This document shows, one piece after another, positions 31,980-40,889 of a stretch of 64,000 bases of DNA. A program made the translations under genes and the position numbers. Position 1 is the stretch's first letter. The number at the start of each line of letters is the position of its first letter. Below the pieces are notes generated by a model that searched no databases, was not told where the DNA came from, and worked only from the letters and a program-made list of their open reading frames with translations. This DNA is from Burkholderiaceae bacterium (GTDB lineage: Bacteria > Pseudomonadota > Gammaproteobacteria > Burkholderiales > Burkholderiaceae_C), in contig JBKBUN010000001.1 of assembly GCA_046289925.1 (NCBI GenBank), positions 10,199 through 74,198 of the forward strand, in the 5' to 3' direction.

Positions 31980-31988
31980 ATCGTAGCA
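31980..31988 (-). promoter_or_regulatory. Putative extended -10 promoter for the surface protein gene
   Basis: Minus strand TGcTACGAT about 60 bp upstream of ATG; no clear -35. Confidence 0.4.
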
Positions 31989-32126
31989 CAGCGCGTTGAG
32001 GGCTTGTACAGCGGGCGGCCGGTGAAACCGCCTGTTGTTGATGAAAAGCAACACTGGTCAGAGCGGTGTGGCAGAACCTCCTTCGCAGGGACTAGTGGCA
32101 ACGTTGCAAGACCGGATCAACACCGT

Positions 32127-32549
32127 TCACAGGTCTTGGTGACGCCACCACTGGCCGTCTTCGAGCAACCACGTCTCGTCCACGTACGTGTCAATCGTAC
32201 CCAAATTCATTCCCAGCAGGGCGGGTTTGGCGCTCAATTTCATGCGGGCCGTGCACTTTTCCCCACTTTCGCAGGTGACCTTGAAGGGAGTGGCAGCCTC
32301 AATGGTGACACCCGCGCCAAATTGGCGGCGGAACTGTTCGGCATCTTTGAGCTTGCGGTAGGCGGGCGTGGAAAGCGCCCAGGCTTTTTCGTATTGGCCC
32401 GCGATGCGAGCCTTCCAGTAGTCGGTGGCGCGCTGGGCCACCATTTCTTCTGGCGTGGCCGATGACATGCCGGCACAACCCGACAAAGCGAGCACAGACG
32501 CCGACAAGGCAATGGTGGCCCAGGTACGGGCACGGTGGTGCAGGGTCAT
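32127..32549 (-). CDS. Small lipoprotein of unknown function
   Basis: Lipobox LSGC after hydrophobic stretch; GGAG RBS; Cys pair CESGEKC. Confidence 0.82.
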   Translation of the reverse strand: MTLHHRARTWATIALSASVLALSGCAGMSSATPEEMVAQRATDYWKARIAGQYEKAWALSTPAYRKLKDAEQFRRQFGAGVTIEAATPFKVTCESGEKCTARMKLSAKPALLGMNLGTIDTYVDETWLLEDGQWWRHQDL

Positions 32550-32811
32550 GGTGTGTTTCGACTCCTTTGGGTGAATGCGACGGCCAGTCGGCCGAACGAG
32601 AGAAAAGCGTCAGAAAAAAGCATCAGAAAAACATCAGGCGCTTGCAACACCCGCCATGACGCTGCAGAGCACCCCAAGCGCGGTGCTGAAGGCGGCTGTG
32701 GCATGGGGCTGTGGCATGGGCGGCCCCGACTGCCAGGCAGCAGCCCCACCGACGCCTGCCACCACCACGGCGGCGCGTTCGTTGTCCATTTGTTTCATTT
32801 GTTCGTATCAC

Positions 32812-35301
32812 TCACTGCGGTGCAGCATTGGGCGACGGGGTGGGCGTGGGGCCCGGTGCGCGGCGTGTGGCGGCTTCCTGCTCTTTGAGCTCCAGCACGC
32901 GCAGGCCGCGCAGGCGGTCGCGCAGGTCGTCGCTGACTTCGCGGATGTCCACGTCCGAGCGCACCACCCGCGGCGTGATGACCACGAGCAGTTCCGTCCG
33001 CCGACTTGTGTTCTCGGTAGTGCCAAAAAGGTTCCCAAGTATCGGCACGTTGCTCAGGCCGGGCAGGCCCGATTTGCCGGAGGTGCCGTTTTCTTGAATG
33101 AGGCCGCCCATGACGATCGACTCGCCCGAACGCACCGCCACCTTGCTGGACACCTGGCGCTGCAAGAACTGGCGCTGGCCTGTGGCTTCGGTATCAACCG
33201 CCCCCACGTCGGTGACGGACTGCTCCACCTGCATGGTGACGATGTTGCCCGCATTGACCGATGGCGTGACGCTGAGGTTGACCCCGGTGTCTTTGTATTG
33301 GATGTTGGTGGTGCGCACGTTGCCTTCGGTGCTGACGGTTTCGCCGGTCTTGATGGGCTGCTGCGTGCCCACAGAAATGGCGGCGGTGTGGTTGTCCAGC
33401 ACCATCAGCGAGGGACTGGCGAGCACCTTGACAAAGGTTTTCTTGGACAAAGCGTTGAGCACGGCCCGCACATCGCCCGCGGGGCTGCGCAGCGTGTACG
33501 AGAAACCTGCAGGCGGGTTGGAGAATACGCCATTGGCCGCATTGGCCAGCGCCCCCCGGCCACGCCAGTCGGTGGTGGAGCGGCTGTCGTTGAAGGCCCA
33601 CTGCAAACCAAAGCTCAGGTCGTCTGTGAGCGAGACTTCGATGATGCTGGCCTCGATCATGACCTGGGTGGGCGGCAGATCGAGCCGCTTGAGCGTGGCT
33701 TCGATCTTGTGGTAGTCGGTGCGCGTACCCCACACCAGCACAGAGTTGTTCAACTCGTCTGCCATCACGCGGATACCGCCAATGTTGGCCACGGCAGCAC
33801 TCTGCTGAGCGTTGTTGGTGCCGAGCTGGTTTTGCGTGGCTGTGCGGCCCAGCAGGCCCGTGTTGCCAAAGCCGGTGCCTGTGGTGCCGCCCAGGCGGTT
33901 GGCGGTATTGCCCAGCGCTGAGCTGGAGCCGAGCGTACCGAAACCGCTGGTACCCAAAGTGCTCTGCCCCATGGTAGAGCCCGAGAACGTGCCCAGCCCG
34001 GGCGCTACGCCGCTGTTGGCCTGGGGCGTGGCGGTGGTGCCGGTGCCGCCAAAGATGCCGCTGAGCACCGTAGCCAAGTGGCGCGCATTGCCGTTTTGCA
34101 CCTGGTAGATGAACAGTTGCGGCTCTGCACTGTTGTCGCTGGGCTGGTCCAGACGCTCAATCCAGCGGCGGGCTTCGTCCAGATAAGCCGCACGCGGAGT
34201 GACCACCAGAATGCTATTGATACGCTCGATGGGCATGATGCGCAGCGCACCAAACAGGGGGTTGCCCTCGCCCAGCATGGCATTGCCTTGCGCCGACGCC
34301 GCGTTGGCCGCTGCTGCATTGGCGCTGCCGCTGGCCACCGGGCTTGCTCCGGCCGCAGCGCCACCGCTGACCAGCCGCAAGGCTGCCTCGACCTCGCGGG
34401 TGGTGGCGTGCTTGAGCGGAAACACACCGACCGACATGCCTTTGAGCAGATCCACGTCGAAGGTGTTGATGAGGTCCATCCAGCCTTCGGTCTGGCTGCG
34501 GGTGCCTGCGAGCACGAGCAGGTTGCGCACGGTGTCCACGCGTACCAGCGCATCGCTGGGCATCAAGGGCCGCAGAATGGCTGCCATTTCGGCGGCGCCA
34601 ATGTATTGCAGTGTGACCACCACCGCACCGTAGCCCGGCGGCAACCCGGGCGAAGCCGGACCTGCCTGGCGCACGGCGGCACCGATCGAGCGCAGCACTT
34701 CGGGGCGGCCGACCTGGTAGGCACCGCGAGCGTCGCGGCTCAAAGCCAGGCCGTTGGCCTGCAAAGCGCTTTCCAGCAGGAACACGGCTTGGTCAGGTGG
34801 CACTGGGCGGCGCGTGGACAAAGTGACCGTGCCCGCAATGGGCGGGTGCAGCACGAAGTTGAAGCCCAGCATGTCGCCCAGGATGGTGCGCACCACCTCG
34901 GCCACTGGAGCGTCTCCACCCTCGAACGATACAGGCGCGCCTTCAATGGGGGGTACCTGTTTGGGGGCGGCAATGACCTGATCGTTGCCGCGAAGTATGC
35001 GGGGTTCGCCGGCCGAAGCCGCAGCGGACTTGGCGGCACTGCCCGCAGCCGCACCGTCGCCAGCAGGGGATGCTGTTGCACGCACGGCCGCGGCCGGTGC
35101 GGCCTGAGAGCCGGATTGCGCAGCAGCCGGTGCAGCAACGGCGCTGGCCCCAGCGGGCTGTACGGCCGCAGGAGCCCCCCCCTCAGGCTGGGTGACCATG
35201 TTGGTGCCACCACCAAAGGTGGCCGCCGGTGGCTGCTGGGCCACGGCGACCTGGCACACGGCGAGCGCAATGGCACCCAGAGCGAAACGGTAAGAGGTCA
35301 T
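32812..35301 (-). CDS. gspD: Type II secretion secretin
   Basis: QVMIEASIIEV, VLASPSLMVLDN, LSNVPILGNLF, ELLVVITPRVV. Confidence 0.95.
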   Translation of the reverse strand: MTSYRFALGAIALAVCQVAVAQQPPAATFGGGTNMVTQPEGGAPAAVQPAGASAVAAPAAAQSGSQAAPAAAVRATASPAGDGAAAGSAAKSAAASAGEPRILRGNDQVIAAPKQVPPIEGAPVSFEGGDAPVAEVVRTILGDMLGFNFVLHPPIAGTVTLSTRRPVPPDQAVFLLESALQANGLALSRDARGAYQVGRPEVLRSIGAAVRQAGPASPGLPPGYGAVVVTLQYIGAAEMAAILRPLMPSDALVRVDTVRNLLVLAGTRSQTEGWMDLINTFDVDLLKGMSVGVFPLKHATTREVEAALRLVSGGAAAGASPVASGSANAAAANAASAQGNAMLGEGNPLFGALRIMPIERINSILVVTPRAAYLDEARRWIERLDQPSDNSAEPQLFIYQVQNGNARHLATVLSGIFGGTGTTATPQANSGVAPGLGTFSGSTMGQSTLGTSGFGTLGSSSALGNTANRLGGTTGTGFGNTGLLGRTATQNQLGTNNAQQSAAVANIGGIRVMADELNNSVLVWGTRTDYHKIEATLKRLDLPPTQVMIEASIIEVSLTDDLSFGLQWAFNDSRSTTDWRGRGALANAANGVFSNPPAGFSYTLRSPAGDVRAVLNALSKKTFVKVLASPSLMVLDNHTAAISVGTQQPIKTGETVSTEGNVRTTNIQYKDTGVNLSVTPSVNAGNIVTMQVEQSVTDVGAVDTEATGQRQFLQRQVSSKVAVRSGESIVMGGLIQENGTSGKSGLPGLSNVPILGNLFGTTENTSRRTELLVVITPRVVRSDVDIREVSDDLRDRLRGLRVLELKEQEAATRRAPGPTPTPSPNAAPQ

Positions 35302-35347
35302 GGGAACACGCATGGTTCGATGATCGGTGGGGCAGTGGGGCAGGTCG

Positions 35348-36076
35348 TCAACGGGCGCTTCCGCCAAACACAGGGCGCGGCGCGGTGGCTGCGGAGGCCG
35401 CCGGCGCTGCCGTTGCAGGGGGTGTCGCAGCCTCCGCCCTGGGCGCAGGGGCACCCCCTGCGTTTTGCGCTGCGGCTGCCGCAGCGGCGGCCTGCACGGC
35501 GGCCTGCACGGCGGACGGCACGGCAGCACGGCCCGGCGGGGGGGCTGGCTGGCCGGTGGCAACCGGTTGGGCCACGCCGGTGAATTGGGTGAGCGCTGCC
35601 CGCTGCAGGGGCACGGCACGGGTTTCGTCGCCACGGGAGAAGGTGGCCTCGCGTGCGCCCACGGAGCGCAGCGTCCAGCCTTCTACGGCCTGGCCCACGC
35701 GCAAGCGGCGGTGTTTGCCATCGAGCGTGAGAATCAAGCCAGACACGTGCCCTTGGAAGATGCCGGAAATCTTGATGTCCTGAAGACGGTCCACCTGCTC
35801 GGCCACCACGGGTTTGGGCGGCGGCGGGGGCGGCGGCGGGCGGCGGGTGGGCGAAAACAGCGGACGCTCCAGCATGGCCAGCAGCGCAGCGGGGTCGACA
35901 GGCTGGGCGTCGGGCACCTGCGGGATGAGCGAGGCCACGTCTGTGCGACGGGCCAGCGGCGGATCCCACTGGGCGTTACGCAGTTGACCCTCGGGTGTGA
36001 ACCACATCCAAGCCAGAACGAACGCAGCGGCGGCACTGGCGATCCACAAAACGGGGGCGGGGCGCAGCACAGTCAT
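35348..36076 (-). CDS. T2SS GspC/XpsN-like inner-membrane protein
   Basis: N-terminal TM, RPLFSPTRRP + polyPro, HR-like domain; located between gspM and gspD. Confidence 0.75.
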   Translation of the reverse strand: MTVLRPAPVLWIASAAAAFVLAWMWFTPEGQLRNAQWDPPLARRTDVASLIPQVPDAQPVDPAALLAMLERPLFSPTRRPPPPPPPPKPVVAEQVDRLQDIKISGIFQGHVSGLILTLDGKHRRLRVGQAVEGWTLRSVGAREATFSRGDETRAVPLQRAALTQFTGVAQPVATGQPAPPPGRAAVPSAVQAAVQAAAAAAAAQNAGGAPAPRAEAATPPATAAPAASAATAPRPVFGGSAR

Positions 36077-36642
36077 CACTGGCCCCTCATCACTGTCAGG
36101 TTGAACTGGGTGGTCAACCGGGGTGCCACCGCCGGGTTGCCATTGAGCAAACCACCCGCCACCTGTGCGTCTACGTCGTTGACGATGATGACGGGGCGTA
36201 CAGAGTCAAGCGCTGACAGGGCCGCGTAGAACGCAGCGGCCTCGCCCTCTGCTCGCACTACGATGGTGATGCGGTCGTGGAACTTGTCGGTCTTGGCGGG
36301 CATGACCTGGCTGCTGACGACCGTGAGCCCGGCAGCCGTGAACAGGTCACGCACCCGCTGCTGGGCGACGTTGCCGGTCTGGGTGGCGTCCTGCGAGGCG
36401 GGGTACACTAGCTTGGCATGCAGCGCACGGACCGCCTCCAATCCGGACGTCCAGTCAGACGCTTGCTCTCGCAGCCCCTGCAGGCGGGCGTAGCGCGGCT
36501 CCAACTCTGCCATGCGGGCCTCTGCCCAACGGTGCTTGTGGTAGATGTACCAGCCTCCCACAGCCAAGGGGGTGAGCACCAGCGCGAGCAGCAAGACGCC
36601 CACCAGGGCTGGGCGCAGTGAGGTCAGGGAACTCGCATTCAT
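36076..36642 (-). CDS. gspM: T2SS protein M
   Basis: TM + coiled coil + ferredoxin-like domain; operon position. Confidence 0.82.
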   Translation of the reverse strand: MNASSLTSLRPALVGVLLLALVLTPLAVGGWYIYHKHRWAEARMAELEPRYARLQGLREQASDWTSGLEAVRALHAKLVYPASQDATQTGNVAQQRVRDLFTAAGLTVVSSQVMPAKTDKFHDRITIVVRAEGEAAAFYAALSALDSVRPVIIVNDVDAQVAGGLLNGNPAVAPRLTTQFNLTVMRGQ

Positions 36643-38009
36643 GGCTTGGTAGGAGCAGAGGCCGGAGTGGCGGGCTTGGCGGCAGGCGAGGCCCCGAAGG
36701 TGGCACCGCCCCCGAATACCGCCCCTCCCGTGCTGGCTGACGGCGTGCGCGCCACAGCGGGCACGGAAGCGGGGACAGAGGCAGGCACCGCGGCCGGCGC
36801 TGATGCCAAGCCCGATGCTGGTGCAGACGGCGGCATAGCTGCCGGGACGGCAGCGGGCACGGAGGCTGGTGCAGCAGCGGCAGCAGAGGTCGCGCCTTCG
36901 GGTGACGACGGTACCGATGCAGCGGACGCCGCGCCAGAGACTGCCGCCGCAGGAGGCATCCTGGCGTAGAGCGCAGCGTCAAGCTGAAGTTCCACCACAA
37001 ACTGTTCTTTGTTGGTGACGCCGTACCGCGTGGCCGGAGTGGGTGCCTTCACATCCCGAAACCCGGGCTGGTCGCCCAGCAGTTGCATCAAGGCCGAGGC
37101 ATTGCCGGTCAGGCCTGAAAGCGTGAGCTTGGCTCCCTGGAGTTTGAAGCTCTGAATGGCGGTGTCATCGGGCAGAATGCGTGTGAGGGTGTCGAGCAGT
37201 TTGAGTGCGTCGTACTGGCCTTCGATCAACTCCGTGACTTCGCGGATTTGCTCGACTGTGCGCAGCAACTGCTCGCGCTCTGCCACCACCGGGTAGGTAG
37301 CGCGCACCAGTTCATCGTAGGCATGCACTGCATCGATGGCGCGCAGGCGCAACTGCGCAGTGGGCGTTACGGCGATGGCCAACAGCAACGCCAGCAGCAG
37401 TCCAACCAACGCCAGCATACCGCCCTGCCGGCGCTGAGCATGCGCGCGGCGGGCGGCTTCGCCAAACCCAGGCAGCACAATGACATCACCCGGACGGCCC
37501 TGGGATACGGGCACCCAAACTTCTGGCACGATGCCTTGGGGCAGGCGTGCAGCCTGCGTGGCCAGGTAGGCCTCAATTTGCGGACGCGAGGCCATGACCA
37601 GTTCGGCCATGGAGCGCCCCGTGGATGCATCGGCCTGCCGGTGAAAGGCCCAGACCAGATCGGTCGCCACGAAGGGGCTATGGGCACGCGCTTCCAGAGC
37701 CATGGCGGCGCTCTGATTGTCGGGGGACAGATCGTCAGGCAGCGGCAGCGTGCGGCGCAATACCCAGTCTTCCGGCAGTTCTACCGCCACGAAGCGCGGA
37801 GCAGGCGCCCGGGGGTCTCGGGTGCGGATACCCGCGGACGTCCAGAGCACTTCATCGCCGCGCGCACGCACATACCGTACGTCGGCAGACGGCATCAGCC
37901 ACCGCCCTAGACGGGAAGACTGGAAGAACTGCCCGAGTGCGCGCAGGGCGTTGCCCGCCATCCGGAGATCGAGACCGAAGAGTTTGGGCTCCGAGGAAAG
38001 GGCTGGCAT
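36639..38009 (-). CDS. gspL: T2SS protein L (PilN-like periplasmic domain) with Ala/Pro-rich tail
   Basis: Cytoplasmic actin-like part, TM, LDTLTRILPDDT; operon position. Confidence 0.82.
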   Translation of the reverse strand: MPALSSEPKLFGLDLRMAGNALRALGQFFQSSRLGRWLMPSADVRYVRARGDEVLWTSAGIRTRDPRAPAPRFVAVELPEDWVLRRTLPLPDDLSPDNQSAAMALEARAHSPFVATDLVWAFHRQADASTGRSMAELVMASRPQIEAYLATQAARLPQGIVPEVWVPVSQGRPGDVIVLPGFGEAARRAHAQRRQGGMLALVGLLLALLLAIAVTPTAQLRLRAIDAVHAYDELVRATYPVVAEREQLLRTVEQIREVTELIEGQYDALKLLDTLTRILPDDTAIQSFKLQGAKLTLSGLTGNASALMQLLGDQPGFRDVKAPTPATRYGVTNKEQFVVELQLDAALYARMPPAAAVSGAASAASVPSSPEGATSAAAAAPASVPAAVPAAMPPSAPASGLASAPAAVPASVPASVPAVARTPSASTGGAVFGGGATFGASPAAKPATPASAPTKP

Positions 38010-38015
38010 GAAATC

Positions 38016-38891
38016 TCAGGGGTTGGAGGGGCGCACAGGAACGAAATCGCGATGCGTATGAAATGTGCGCCAAGGCAGACCTTCACGGATGCTGGCCGAC
38101 CCGCCAAGTTCCACCCACCGGATGGTGCGGGCCACTCGGCCGTCTTGCAACCGGACCTGCGCTTCGATGCGCAATCTCCGGACTGCCCCATTGTCGATCC
38201 ACTCTGCAGACAAACCACTCAGGTCTTGCAGACCGTCTCCAGCCTCACGCCGCTGCGCAAACTGCTGGGCAGCGGCGATATTGCCGCCCGCCAACACCGC
38301 AAGTACCGGCACCGGTGCTGCCATGGGGTTGACCCGCCCACTGCCGCGAGCGTCGACTGTCACGAGCGGCGCGAGTCTAGCATAGAGGTCCTCGGACATT
38401 CCGGGCACTCGCATAAGGTCCTCAATGGCGTCGAACCGCTCGCGGACACTGCCCTGCACAGTGCCCAAACGGTAGGACACGATGGCATCCACTACGGCCT
38501 GGGCCGGTGCTTCGGCCAGCCCGCCAGCGACACGTAACAATTGCAACAGCAAGCTAGGTGGGGCGCGGTTGAGGTCCACATAGCCATTCAGCGGCGTACT
38601 CTCTACCACGATGGTCTGCCCGCGGTATGGCACCTCGACACGCACTGCACGCTGCGTGACTTCAGGACGCTGATACACCTGTTGTAGAAAGAGCATCAGT
38701 GCGGCATCGCCCTGCGCCCCTGCCTCAACCTGCTGGCGCAGGGCTCCCAGCAGTTGGGCTTCTTGCCGCACAGAAGCCACAGCGCCGGTGGCGATGATGG
38801 ACAGCGCCACCACCAACCACAGCACAGCGATCAACACCATGCCTCGCAGGCGGCGTGTGCCACGGCCCCGAATCGGACGAACGCGCATCAA
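38016..38891 (-). CDS. gspK: T2SS minor pseudopilin K
   Basis: RG|MVLIAVLW lacking E5; VDLNRA, EDLMRVPGM, VNPMAAP. Confidence 0.88.
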   Translation of the reverse strand: MMRVRPIRGRGTRRLRGMVLIAVLWLVVALSIIATGAVASVRQEAQLLGALRQQVEAGAQGDAALMLFLQQVYQRPEVTQRAVRVEVPYRGQTIVVESTPLNGYVDLNRAPPSLLLQLLRVAGGLAEAPAQAVVDAIVSYRLGTVQGSVRERFDAIEDLMRVPGMSEDLYARLAPLVTVDARGSGRVNPMAAPVPVLAVLAGGNIAAAQQFAQRREAGDGLQDLSGLSAEWIDNGAVRRLRIEAQVRLQDGRVARTIRWVELGGSASIREGLPWRTFHTHRDFVPVRPSNP

Positions 38892-39571
38892 GAGCCCCCT
38901 CCACCGAACACGGCCTCTGCGGAGGTAGCGTCGCCGCCAGGCAGCGCCCGCAGCGGTACTACGACGGGCATCCAGGGACCACCTGCGCTTTCCAGCCGCA
39001 GGACGACGCGGGCGGGAAAACGGTCAGCATACGGCCAGTTGTCTGTCCAGACGGCGGGCTGCACCGAGGTATCCTCATAGCTCAGGCGCAAACTGCGCAC
39101 CTCGCGCACCAGTTCAATCGAGGCGGCCAAGTCCCAGACCGGTGGTACTGCAGGCACGGCCCACGGCTGGTACCGCAGGACCAACACCTTGCCTTGGGGG
39201 CGCGTTTCAACAGCCAGACGCATGAAGTGCCGCCCGCCAATTCCGGGGCGAACCGGCATCACCCCGACCCACTCCAGGGATGCATTCTCGGCAGCAAACC
39301 ACACGCTCCGCTGGGAACCACCTTCGGGGCTCGGGGGACGACGCTCTGCCGATACACGGGACAACACGGTACGAAGGAAGGCCGTGGCCACGCGCACATC
39401 GTCGGACTGGGCGAGGCGGATTTCCACCCGCTCTTGCGTCTGCGCGGCCGTGCGCAAAGCAGAGGCCATGGCCAGTACCACCAGCGAGAGCAAAGTCATG
39501 ACGACCAGGAGTTCGAGCAGGGTGAACCCCCTCATGGGACCCCCGACTGGTATCGCCGCCCGAACTTTCAT
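38888..39571 (-). CDS. gspJ: T2SS minor pseudopilin J
   Basis: RG|FTLLELLV prepilin motif. Confidence 0.88.
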   Translation of the reverse strand: MKVRAAIPVGGPMRGFTLLELLVVMTLLSLVVLAMASALRTAAQTQERVEIRLAQSDDVRVATAFLRTVLSRVSAERRPPSPEGGSQRSVWFAAENASLEWVGVMPVRPGIGGRHFMRLAVETRPQGKVLVLRYQPWAVPAVPPVWDLAASIELVREVRSLRLSYEDTSVQPAVWTDNWPYADRFPARVVLRLESAGGPWMPVVVPLRALPGGDATSAEAVFGGGGS

Positions 39572-39963
39572 GGGCGGCTCCCGGGTGGTGGTGGCTTGCG
39601 CTCCGGCCGGACGGTGTGAATCACCCACTCGCGATCACGTCTGCCATCGGACCAGCGCAGCACCAATTCGATGTCGTGCAGGCGCGGGGCCTGGGGATCA
39701 GCCGCAGGAGCCAGCACTGTGCTACGCACCGTCCACCGGAAGCCGGATGCCTCACCTGCTTCGTTCCATCCGTCCTCGAACACAGCATCTTTCTGGGCCA
39801 GCAGGGAGTCGGCCAAGGTCACCGCCTGCTGGTAGCGGCTTAAGTCGCCTGTATTGCGCGCAGTACCGCCCAAGGTCTGGTAAATGAGCCCCAGCGCAAG
39901 CGCCAGGATGGACAAGGCGACCAATGACTCCAGGAGGGTAAAGCCGCGCTGCGAAGGCCTCAT
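39568..39963 (-). CDS. gspI: T2SS minor pseudopilin I
   Basis: QRG|FTLLESLV; ATGA overlaps. Confidence 0.88.
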   Translation of the reverse strand: MRPSQRGFTLLESLVALSILALALGLIYQTLGGTARNTGDLSRYQQAVTLADSLLAQKDAVFEDGWNEAGEASGFRWTVRSTVLAPAADPQAPRLHDIELVLRWSDGRRDREWVIHTVRPERKPPPPGSRP

Positions 39964-40406
39964 GGAAGCAAAGGCTCCAGACTGACTTTGCCCGATAGCC
40001 AATCCACCCTGAGCCGCGTGCCGCTGCCCGCCGGACGCAGTACCTCGATGCTGCCCCCTGTGGCACCACCACTTGGCAGAAAACGGATCACCGCATCACG
40101 CCCGTTGGATTCCGTGCCTGCCACGGTGGCACGCAACTGTAGGGGCTCAGGCACGACCCAGGGTCGCCCCTGATCGATTCGGTAGGAGCGGTCTTGTAGC
40201 GACACCATAAAACGCACCTCGCGCCCTTCGACCTGGGCCGTGGCACGTGCTGCACGCAGTTGCGACGTCATGGAGCGAACGGTTTCGCGGTAGTCTGACG
40301 ATTCCTTGAATCGGTCGAATGCGACCGGCGCGAGCGACAGCAGTGCAGCGCCGATCGCGAACACGACCAGCAACTCAATCAGGGTAAAACCGCGCGCTGG
40401 GCGCAT
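39960..40406 (-). CDS. gspH: T2SS minor pseudopilin H
   Basis: RG|FTLIELLV; IRFLPSGGATGG. Confidence 0.88.
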   Translation of the reverse strand: MRPARGFTLIELLVVFAIGAALLSLAPVAFDRFKESSDYRETVRSMTSQLRAARATAQVEGREVRFMVSLQDRSYRIDQGRPWVVPEPLQLRATVAGTESNGRDAVIRFLPSGGATGGSIEVLRPAGSGTRLRVDWLSGKVSLEPLLP

Positions 40407-40415
40407 GCCCAACTG

Positions 40416-40871
40416 TCAGGGCTTGTTGCGGATGTCGGCGGCCTCGCCTTCTCCGCCTGGGGCCCCGTCAGAGCCCAGCGAGAGAATTTCGACCGCACCG
40501 GCTGTGTTGGTGTAACGGTATGCATTGCCCCACGGATCTTTCGGCACCTCGCCCTTAAGGTATGGCCCGGCCCAACCATTGACATTGCCAGGACGCTTGA
40601 TCAGCGCATCCAGGCCTTCCTCATTGCTGGGGTAACGCCCCACGTCAAGCTTGAACAGCTCCAGCGCTTTGTCGATGTCCGCAATCTGGATGCTGGCGGT
40701 CTTGGACTTGGCCCCACCCAATTGATTCAGCACCCGAGGGCCGACCAGGCCCGCCAGCAGCGCCAGAATGGCCAGCACCACCAGCAGCTCGATGAGTGTG
40801 AAGCCCGCTGCACGGCGAATACGATGGGGCCGAGGCAGTGAAAACAGACGGAAACAGGCCATGGGCAGCAT
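40416..40871 (-). CDS. gspG: T2SS major pseudopilin G
   Basis: AG|FTLIELLV; GRYPS, PKDPWGNAY, SLGSDG; start uncertain. Confidence 0.93.
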   Translation of the reverse strand: MLPMACFRLFSLPRPHRIRRAAGFTLIELLVVLAILALLAGLVGPRVLNQLGGAKSKTASIQIADIDKALELFKLDVGRYPSNEEGLDALIKRPGNVNGWAGPYLKGEVPKDPWGNAYRYTNTAGAVEILSLGSDGAPGGEGEAADIRNKP

Positions 40872-40889
40872 CCTGAAGCAAACCAAAAA

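Noticed and set aside
38888-40871. Type IV pilus or competence pilins
   Set aside because: GspG/GspK signatures and operon context identify T2SS pseudopilins
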